Assembly: GCA_964016885.1 (NCBI GenBank)
Contig: OZ024744.1
Location: 130,634,001 to 130,698,000, forward strand
Direction of reading: 5' to 3'
From: Eledone cirrhosa
Taxonomy: Eukaryota
Length of the DNA: 64,000 nt
Shown: positions 51,201 through 61,300 of the stretch, piece by piece
How positions within the stretch are numbered: position 1 is the stretch's first letter
Layout: every line of letters starts with the position of its first letter
Program-made: the position numbers and the translations under genes
Notes under the pieces: generated by a model
Told to the model about the DNA's origin: nothing
Database searches by the model: none
Seen by the model: only the letters and a program-made list of their open reading frames with translations

Positions 51201-53149
51201 TAAGTTAAGTCGGGGTTAATTTAAGTCGGGGTTAAGTTAAGTTAGGGTTCAGTTAAGTTGGGGTTAAGTTAAGTTGGGGTTGAGTTAAGTTGGGGTTGAG
51301 TTAAATTGGGGTTTAGTTAAGTTGGGGTTGAGTTAAGTTGGTGTTGAGTTAAGTTGGGGTTAAGTTAAATTGGGGTTAAGTTAAGTTGCAGTTAAGTTAA
51401 GTTGAGGTTAAGTTAAGTTGGGTTTAAGTTAAGTTGGGGTTAAGTTAATTTGGGGCTAAGTTAAGTTGGGGTTAAGTTAAGTTGGGGTTAAGTTAAGTCG
51501 GGGTTAAGTTAAGTTGGGGTTAAGTTAAGTTGGGGTTAATTTAAGTTGGGGTTAAGTTAAGTTGGGGTTAAGTTAAGTTGGGGTTAAGTTAAGTTGGGTT
51601 TAAGTTAAGTTGGGGTTAAGTTAAGTTGGGGTTGAGTTAAGTTGGGGCTGAGTTAATTTGGGGTTAAGTTAAGTTGGGGTTAAGTTAAGTTGGGTTTAAG
51701 TTAAGTTGGGGTTAAATTAAGTTGGGGTTAAATTAAGTTGGGGTTAAGTTAAGTTGGGGGTAAGTTAAGTTGGGGGCAAGTTAAGTTGGGGTTAATTTAA
51801 GTTGGGGTTAAATTAAGTTGGGGTTACGTTAAGTTGGTGTTAAGTTAAGTTGGGGTTAATTTAAGTTGGGGTTAATTAAGTTGGGGTTAAGTTAAGTTGG
51901 GGTTAAGTTAAGTTGGGGTTAATTTAAGTTGGGGTTGAGTTAAGTTGGGGTTAAGTTAAGTTGGGGTTATATTAAGTTGGGGTTAAGTTAAGTTGGGGTT
52001 CAGTTAAGTTGGGGTTAAGTTAAGTTGGGGTTAAGTTAAGTTGAGGTTATGTTAAGTTGGGGTTAAGTTAAGTTGGTGTTAAGTTAAGTTGGGGCTAAGT
52101 TAAGTTGGGGTTGAGTTAAGTTGGGGTTAAGTTGGGGTTAAGTTAAGTTAGGTTTAAGTTAAGTTGGGGTTAAGTTAAGTTGGGGTTAAGTTAAGTTGTG
52201 GTTAAGTTAAGTTGGGGTTAAGTTAAGTTGGGGTTAAGTTAAGTCGGGGTTAAGTTAAGTTGGGGTTAATTTAAGTTGGGGTTAATTTAAGTTGGGGTTA
52301 AGTTAAGTTGGGGTTAAGTTAAGTTGGGGTTAAGTTAATTGGGGTTAAGTTGGGGTTAAGTTAAGTTGAGGTTAAGTTAAGTTGGGGTTAAATTAAGTTT
52401 GGGTTAAGTTGGGGTTAAGTTAAGTTAGGTTTAAGTTAAGTTGGGGTTAAGTTAAGTTGGGTTTAAGTTAAGTTGGGGTTAAGTTAAGTTGGGGTTAAGT
52501 TAAGTTGGGGTTAAGTTAAGTTGGGGTTAATTTAAGTTGGGGTTAAGTTAAGTTGCGGGTAATTTAAGTTGGGGTTAAGTTAAGTTGGGGTTAAGTTAAG
52601 TTGGGGTTAAGTTAAGTTGGGGTTAAGTTAAGTTGGGGTTAAGTTAAGTTGGGGCTAATTTAAATTGGGGCTGAGTTAAGTTGGGGTTAAGTTAAGTTGG
52701 GGTTAAGTTAAGTTGGGGTTAAGTTAAGTTGGGGTTTATTTAAGTTGGGGTTAAGTTAAGTTGGGGTTCAGTTAAGTTGGGGTTCAGTTAAGTTGGGGTT
52801 AAGTTAAGTTGGGGTTAAGATGGGGTTAAATTACGTTGGAGTTAAGTTAAGTTGGGGTTAAGTTAAGTTGGGGTTAAGTTGGGGTTAAGTTAAGTTAGGT
52901 TTAAGTTAAGTTGGGGTTAAGTTAAGTTGGGGTTAAGTTAAGTTGTGGTTAAGTTAAGTTGGGGTTAAGTTAAGTTGGGGTTAAGTTAAGTCGGGGTTAA
53001 GTTAAGTTGGGGTTAAGTTAAGTTGGGGTTAATTTAAGTTGGGGTTAAGTTAAGTTGGGGTTAAGTTAAGTTGGGGTTAAGTTAATTGGGGTTAAGTTAA
53101 GTTGGGGTAAGTTAAGTTGGGGATAATTTAAGTTGGGGTTAAGTTAAGT

Positions 53150-56100
53150 TGGGTTTAAGTTAAGTTGGGGTTAAGTTAAGTTGGGGTTAAGTTAAGTTGG
53201 GGTTAAGTTAAGTTGGGGTTAAGTTAAGTTGGGGCTAATTTAAGTTGGGGCTGAGTTAAGTTGGGGTTAAGTTAAGTTGGGGTTAAGTTAAGTTGGGGTT
53301 AAGTTAAGTTGGGGTTAATTTAAGTTGGGGTTAAGTTAAGTTGGGGTTCAGTTAAGTTGGGGTTCAGTTAAGTTGGGGTTAAGTTAAGTTGGGGTTAAGA
53401 TGGGGTTAAATTACGTTGGAGTTAAGTTAAGTTGGGGTTAAGTTAAGTTGGGGTTAAGTTAAGTTGGGGTTAAGTTAAGTCGGGGTTAATTTAAGTCGGG
53501 GTTAAGTTAAGTTAGGGTTCAGTTAAGTTGGGGTTAAGTTAAGTTGGGGTTGAGTTAAGTTGGGGTTGAGTTAAATTGGGGTTGAGTTAAGTTGGGGTTG
53601 AGTTAAGTTGGTGTTGAGTTAAGTTGGGGTTAAGTTAAATTGAGGTTAAGTTAAGTTGCAGTTAAGTTAAGTTGAGGTTAAGTTAAGGTGCGGTTAAGTT
53701 AAGTTGGGGTTAAGTTAAGTTGGGGTTAAGTTAAGTTGGGGTTAAGTTAAGTTGGGGTTAAGTTAAGTTGGGGTTAAGTTAATTTGTGGTTAAGTTAAGT
53801 TGTGGTTAAGTTAAGTTGGGGTTAAGTTAAGTTGGGGTTAAGTTAAGTCGGGGTTAAGTTAAGTTGGGGTTAAGTTAAGTTGGGGTTAATTTAAGTTGGG
53901 GATAATTTAAGTTGGGGTTAAGTTAAGTTGGGTTTAAGTTAAGTTGGGGTTAAGTTAAGTTGGGGATAAGTTAAGTTGGGGTTAAGTTAAGTTGGGGTTA
54001 AGTTAAGTTGGGGTTAAGTTAAGTTGGGGCTAAGTTATGTTGGGGCTGAGTTAAGTTGGGGTTAAGTTAAGTTGGGGTTAAGTTAAGTTGGGGTTAATTT
54101 AAGTTGGGGTTTATTTAAGTTGGGGTTAAGTTAAGTTGGGGTTCAGTTAAGTTGGGGTTAAGTTAAGTTGGGGTTAAGATGGGGTTAAATTAAGTTGGGG
54201 TTAAGTTAAGTTGGGGTTAAGTTAAGTTGGGGTTAAGTTAGGTCGGGGTTAAGTTAAGTCGGGGTTAAGTTAAGTTAGGGGTAAGTTAAGTTGGGGGCAA
54301 GTTAAGTTGGGGTTAATTTAAGTTGGGGTTAAATTAAGTTGGGGTTAAGTTAAGTTGGTGTTAAGTTAAGTTGGGGTTAATTTAAGTTGGGGTTAATTAA
54401 GTTGGGGTTAAGTTAAGTTGGGGTTAAGTTAAGTTGGGGTTAATTTAAGTTGGGGTTGAGTTAAGTTGGGGTTAAGTTAAGTTGGGGTTATATTAAGTTG
54501 GGGTTAAGTTAAGTTGGGGTTCAGTTAAGTTGGGGTTAAGTTAAGTTGGGGTTAAGTTAAGTTGAGGTTAACTTAAGTTGGGGTTAAGTTAAGTTGGTGT
54601 TAAGTTAAGTTGGGGCTAAGTTAAGTTGGGGCTGAGTTAAGTTGGGGCTGAGTTAAGTTGGGGCTAAGTTAAGTTGGGGTTGAGTTAAGTTGGGGTTAAG
54701 TTAAGTTGGGGTTAAGTTAAGTTGGGGTTAAGTTAAGTTGGTGTTAAGTTAAGTTGGGGTTAAGTTAAGTTGGGGTTAAGTTAATTTGTGGTTAAGTTAA
54801 GTTGTGGTTAAGTTAAGTTGGGGTTAAGTTAAGTTGGGGTTAAGTTAAGTCGGGGTTAAGTTAAGTTGGGGTTAAGTTAAGTTGGGGTTAATTTAAGTTG
54901 GGGTTAAGTTAAGTTGGGGTTAAGTTAAGTTGGGGTTAAGTTAAGTCGGGGTTAAGTTAAGTTGGGGTTAAGTTAAGTTGGAGTTAAGTTAAGTTGGTTA
55001 GTTAAGTTGAGTTTAAGTTAAGTTGGGGTTAATTTAAGTTGGGGTTAAGTTAAGCTGGGGTTAAGTTAAGTTGGGGTTAAGTTAAGTTGGGGTTAATTTA
55101 AGTTGGGGTTAAGTTAAGTTGCGGGTAATTTAAGTTGGGGTTAAGTTAAGTTGGGGTTAAGTTAAGTTGGGGTTAAGTTAAGTTGGGGTTAAGTTAATTT
55201 GGGGTTAAGTTAAGTTGGGGCTAATTTAAGTTGGGGCTGAGTTAAGTTGGGGTTAAGTTAAGCTGGGGTTAAGTTAAGTTGGGGTTAAGTTAAGTTGGGG
55301 TTAAGTTAAGTTGGGGTTTATTTAAGTTGGGGTTAAGTTAAGTTGGGGTTCAGTTAAGTTGGGGTTCAGTTAAGTTGGGGTTAAGTTAAGTTGGGGTTAA
55401 GATGGGGTTAAATTACGTTGGAGTTAAGTTAAGTTGGGGTTAAGTTAAGTTGGGGTTAAGTTAAGTTGGGGTTAAGTTAAGTCGGGGTTAATTTAAGTCG
55501 GGGTTAAGTTAAGTTAGGGTTCAGTTAAGTTGGGGTTAAGTTAAGTTGGGGTTGAGTTAAGTTGGGGTTGAGTTAAATTGGGGTTGAGTTAAGTTGGGGT
55601 TGAGTTAAGTTGGTGTTGAGTTAAGTTGGGGTTAAGTTAAATTGGGGTTAAGTTAAGTTGCAGTTAAGTTAAGTTGAGGTTAAGTTAAGGTGCGGGTAAG
55701 TTAAGTTGGGCTTAAGTTAAGTTGGGGCTAAGTTAAGTTGGGTTTAAGTTAAGTTGGGGTTAAGTTAAGTTGGGGTTAAGTTAAGTTGGGGTTAAGTTAA
55801 GTTGGGGTTAAGTTAAGTTGGGGCTAATTTAAGTTGGGGCTGAGTTAAGTTGGGGTTAAGTTAAGTTGGGGTTAAGTTAAGTTGGGGTTAAGTTAAGTTG
55901 GGGTTAATTTAAGTTGGGGTTAAGTTAAGTTGGGGTTCAGTTAAGTTGGGGTTCAGTTAAGTTGGGGTTAAGTTAAGTTGGGGTTAAGATGGGGTTAAAT
56001 TACGTTGGAGTTAAGTTAAGTTGGGGTTAAGTTAAGTTGGGGTTAAGTTAAGTTGGGGTTAAGTTAAGTCGGGGTTAATTTAAGTCGGGGTTAAGTTAAG

Positions 56101-58370
56101 TTAGGGTTCAGTTAAGTTGGGGTTAAGTTAAGTTGGGGTTGAGTTAAGTTGGGGTTGAGTTAAATTGGGGTTGAGTTAAGTTGGGGTTGAGTTAAGTTGG
56201 TGTTGAGTTAAGTTGGGGTTAAGTTAAATTGAGGTTAAGTTAAGTTGCAGTTAAGTTAAGTTGAGGTTAAGTTAAGGTGCGGTTAAGTTAAGTTGGGGTT
56301 AAGTTAAGTTGGGGTTAAGTTAAGTTGGGGTTAAGTTAAGTTGGGGTTAAGTTAAGTTGGGGTTAAGTTAATTTGTGGTTAAGTTAAGTTGTGGTTAAGT
56401 TAAGTTGGGGTTAAGTTAAGTTGGGGTTAAGTTAAGTCGGGGTTAAGTTAAGTTGGGGTTAAGTTAAGTTGGGGTTAATTTAAGTTGGGGATAATTTAAG
56501 TTGGGGTTAAGTTAAGTTGGGTTTAAGTTAAGTTGGGGTTAAGTTAAGTTGGGGATAAGTTAAGTTGGGGTTAAGTTAAGTTGGGGTTAAGTTAAGTTGG
56601 GGTTAAGTTAAGTTGGGGCTAAGTTATGTTGGGGCTGAGTTAAGTTGGGGTTAAGTTAAGTTGGGGTTAAGTTAAGTTGGGGTTAATTTAAGTTGGGGTT
56701 TATTTAAGTTGGGGTTAAGTTAAGTTGGGGTTCAGTTAAGTTGGGGTTAAGTTAAGTTGGGGTTAAGATGGGGTTAAATTAAGTTGGGGTTAAGTTAAGT
56801 TGGGGTTAAGTTAAGTTGGGGTTAAGTTAAGTCGGGGTTAAGTTAAGTCGGGGTTAAGTTAAGTTAGGGGTAAGTTAAGTTGGGGGCAAGTTAAGTTGGG
56901 GTTAATTTAAGTTGGGGTTAAATTAAGTTGGGGTTAAGTTAAGTTGGTGTTAAGTTAAGTTGGGGTTAATTTAAGTTGGGGTTAATTAAGTTGGGGTTAA
57001 GTTAAGTTGGGGTTAAGTTAAGTTGGGGTTAATTTAAGTTGGGGTTGAGTTAAGTTGGGGTTAAGTTAAGTTGGGGTTATATTAAGTTGGGGTTAAGTTA
57101 AGTTGGGGTTCAGTTAAGTTGGGGTTAAGTTAAGTTGGGGTTAAGTTAAGTTGAGGTTAACTTAAGTTGGGGTTAAGTTAAGTTGGTGTTAAGTTAAGTT
57201 GGGGCTAAGTTAAGTTGGGGCTGAGTTAAGTTGGGGCTGAGTTAAGTTGGGGCTAAGTTAAGTTGGGGTTGAGTTAAGTTGGGGTTAAGTTGGGGTTAAG
57301 TTAAGTTAGGTTTAAGTTAAGTTGGGGTTAAGTTAAGTTGGGGTTAAGTTAAGTTGGGGTTAAGTTAAGTTGGTGTTAAGTTAAGTTGGGGTTAAGTTAA
57401 GTTGGGGTTAAGTTAATTTGTGGTTAAGTTAAGTTGTGGTTAAGTTAAGTTGGGGTTAAGTTAAGTTGGGGTTAAGTTAAGTCGGGGTTAAGTTAAGTTG
57501 GGGTTAAGTTAAGTTGGGGTTAATTTAAGTTGGGGTTAAGTTAAGTTGGGGTTAAGTTAAGTTGGGGTTAAGTTAAGTCGGGGTTAAGTTAAGTTGGGGT
57601 TAAGTTAAGTTGGGGTTAAGTTAAGTTGGTTAGTTAAGTTGAGTTTAAGTTAAGTTGGGGTTAATTTAAGTTGGGGTTAAGTTAAGCTGGGGTTAAGTTA
57701 AGTTGGGGTTAAGTTAAGTTGGGGTTAATTTAAGTTGGGGTTAAGTTAAGTTGCGGGTAATTTAAGTTGGGGTTAAGTTAAGTTGGGGTTAAGTTAAGTT
57801 GGGGTTAAGTTAAGTTGGGGTTAAGTTAATTTGGGGTTAAGTTAAGTTGGGGCTAATTTAAGTTGGGGCTGAGTTAAGTTGGGGTTAAGTTAAGCTGGGG
57901 TTAAGTTAAGTTGGGGTTAAGTTAAGTTGGGGTTAAGTTAAGTTGGGGTTTATTTAAGTTGGGGTTAAGTTAAGTTGGGGTTCAGTTAAGTTGGGGTTCA
58001 GTTAAGTTGGGGTTAAGTTAAGTTGGGGTTAAGATGGGGTTAAATTACGTTGGAGTTAAGTTAAGTTGGGGTTAAGTTAAGTTGGGGTTAAGTTAAGTTG
58101 GGGTTAAGTTAAGTCGGGGTTAATTTAAGTCGGGGTTAAGTTAAGTTAGGGTTCAGTTAAGTTGGGGTTAAGTTAAGTTGGGGTTGAGTTAAGTTGGGGT
58201 TGAGTTAAATTGGGGTTGAGTTAAGTTGGGGTTGAGTTAAGTTGGTGTTGAGTTAAGTTGGGGTTAAGTTAAATTGGGGTTAAGTTAAGTTGCAGTTAAG
58301 TTAAGTTGAGGTTAAGTTAAGGTGCGGGTAAGTTAAGTTGGGCTTAAGTTAAGTTGGGGCTAAGTTAAGT
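53150..58370 (+). repeat. Approximate 2.6-kb tandem duplication
   Basis: TTACGTTGGAG markers 53414/56003 (offset 2589) and 55416/58048 (2632), with the same variant order including GCTAAGTTATGTTGGGG. Confidence 0.65.
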
Positions 58371-61300
58371 TGGGGCTCAGTTAAGTTGGGGCTAAGTTAA
58401 GTTGGGGTTAAGTTAAGTTGGGGTTAAGTTAAGTCGGGGTTAAGTTAAGTTGGGGTTAAGTTAAGTTGGGGTTAATTTAAGTTGGGGTTAAGTTAAGTTG
58501 GGGTTAAGTTAAGTTGGGGTTAAGTTAAGTTGGGTTTAAGTTAAGTTGGGATTAAGTTAAGTTGGGGTTGAGTTAAGTTGGGGCTGAGTTAATTTGGGGT
58601 TAAGTTAAGTTGGGGTTAAGTTAAGTTGGGTTTAAGTTAAGTTGGGGTTAAATTAAGTTGGGGTTAAATTAAATTGGGGTTAAGTTAAGTTGGGGTAAGT
58701 TAAGTTGGGGGCAAGTTAAGTTGGGGTTAAGATGGGGTTAAATTAAGTTGGGGTTAAGTTAAGTTGGGGTTAAGTTAAGTTGGGGTTAAGTTAAGTCGGG
58801 GTTAAGTTAAGTCGGGGTTAAGTTAAGTTAGGGGTAAGTTAAGTTGGGGGCAAGTTAAGTTGGGGTTAATTTAAGTTGGGGTTAAATTAAGTTGGGGTTA
58901 AGTTAAGTTGGTGTTAAGTTAAGTTGGGGTTAATTTAAGTTGGGGTTAATTAAGTTGGGGTTAAGTTAAGTTGGGGTTAAGTTAAGTTGGGGTTAATTTA
59001 AGTTGGGGTTGAGTTAAGTTGGGGTTAAGTTAAGTTGGGGTTATATTAAGTTGGGGTTAAGTTAAGTTGGGGTTCAGTTAAGTTGGGGTTAAGTTAAGTT
59101 GGGGTTAAGTTAAGTTGAGGTTAACTTAAGTTGGGGTTAAGTTAAGTTGGTGTTAAGTTAAGTTGGGGCTAAGTTAAGTTGGGGCTGAGTTAAGTTGGGG
59201 CTGAGTTAAGTTAGGGCTAAGTTAAGTTGGGGTTGAGTTAAGTTGGGGTTAAGTTGGGGTTAAGTTAAGTTAGGTTTAAGTTAAGTTGGGGTTAAGTTAA
59301 GTTGGGGTTAAGTTAAGTTGGGGTTAAGTTAATTTGTGGTTAAGTTAAGTTGTGGTTAAGTTAAGTTGGGGTTAAGTTAAGTTGGGGTTAAGTTAAGTCG
59401 GGGTTAAGTTAAGTTGGGGTTAAGTTAAGTTGGGGTTAATTTAAGTTGAGGTTAAGTTAAGTTGGGGTTAAGTTAAGTTGGGGTTAAGTTAAGTCGGGGT
59501 TAAGTTAAGTTGGGGTTAAGTTAAGTTGGGGTTAAGTTAAGTTGGTTAGTTAAGTTGAGTTTAAGTTAAGTTGGGGTTAATTTAAGTTGGGGTTAAGTTA
59601 AGCTGGGGTTAAGTTAAGTTGGGGTTAAGTTAAGTTGGGGTTAATTTAAGTTGGGGTTAAGTTAAGTTGCGGGTAATTTAAGTTGGGGTTAAGTTAAGTT
59701 GGGGTTAAGTTAAGTTGGGGTTAAGTTAAGTTGGGGTTAAGTTAATTTGGGGTTAAGTTAAGTTGGGGCTAATTTAAGTTGGGGCTGAGTTAAGTTGGGG
59801 TTAAGTTAAGCTGGGGTTAAGTTAAGTTGGGGTTAAGTTAAGTTGGGGTTAAGTTAAGTTGGGGTTTATTTAAGTTGGGGTTAAGTTAAGTTGGGGTTCA
59901 GTTAAGTTGGGGTTCAGTTAAGTTGGGGTTAAGTTAAGTTGGGGTTAAGTTAAGTTGGGGCTAATTTAAATTGGGGCTGAGTTAAGTTGGGGTTAAGTTA
60001 AGTTGGGGTTAAGTTAAGTTGGGGTTAAGTTAAGTTGGGGTTTATTTAAGTTGGGGTTAAGTTAAGTTGGGGTTCAGTTAAGTTGGGGTTCAGTTAAGTT
60101 GGGGTTAAGTTAAGTTGGGGTTAAGATGGGGTTAAATTACGTTGGAGTTAAGTTAAGTTGGGGTTAAGTTAAGTTGGGGTTAAGTTGGGGTTAAGTTAAG
60201 TTAGGTTTAAGTTAAGTTGGGGTTCAGTTAAGTTGGGGTTAAGTTAAGTTGTGGTTAAGTTAAGTTGGGGTTAAGTTAAGTTGGGGTTAAGTTAAGTCGG
60301 GGTTAAGTTAAGTTGGGGTTAAGTTAAGTTGGGGTTAATTTAAGTTGGGGTTAAGTTAAGTTGGGGTTAAGTTAAGTTGGGGTTAAGTTAATTGGGGTTA
60401 AGTTAAGTTGGGGTTAAGTTAAGTTGAGGTTAAGTTAAGTTGGGGTTAAATTAAGTTTGGGTTAAGTTAAGTTGGGGTTAAGTTAAGTTGGGGTTAAGTT
60501 AAGTTGGGGTAAGTTAAGTTGGGGATAATTTAAGTTGGGGTTAAGTTAAGTTGGGTTTAAGTTAAGTTGGGGTTAAGTTAAGTTGGGGTTAAGTTAAGTT
60601 GGGGTTAAGTTAAGTTGGGGTTAAGTTAAGTTGGGGCTAATTTAAGTTGGGGCTGAGTTAAGTTGGGGTTAAGTTAAGTTGGGGTTAAGTTAAGTTGGGG
60701 TTAAGTTAAGTTGGGGTTAATTTAAGTTGGGGTTAAGTTAAGTTGGGGTTCAGTTAAGTTGGGGTTCAGTTAAGTTGGGGTTAAGTTAAGTTGGGGTTAA
60801 GATGGGGTTAAATTACGTTGGAGTTAAGTTAAGTTGGGGTTAAGTTAAGTTGGGGTTAAGTTAAGTTGGGGTTAAGTTAAGTCGGGGTTAATTTAAGTCG
60901 GGGTTAAGTTAAGTTAGGGTTCAGTTAAGTTGGGGTTAAGTTAAGTTGGGGTTGAGTTAAGTTGGGGTTGAGTTAAATTGGGGTTGAGTTAAGTTGGGGT
61001 TGAGTTAAGTTGGTGTTGAGTTAAGTTGGGGTTAAGTTAAATTGAGGTTAAGTTAAGTTGCAGTTAAGTTAAGTTGAGGTTAAGTTAAGGTGCGGTTAAG
61101 TTAAGTTGGGGTTAAGTTAAGTTGGGGTTAAGTTAAGTTGGGGTTAAGTTAAGTTGGGGTTAAGTTAAGTTGGGGTTAAGTTAATTTGTGGTTAAGTTAA
61201 GTTGTGGTTAAGTTAAGTTGGGGTTAAGTTAAGTTGGGGTTAAGTTAAGTCGGGGTTAAGTTAAGTTGGGGTTAAGTTAAGTTGGGGTTAATTTAAGTTG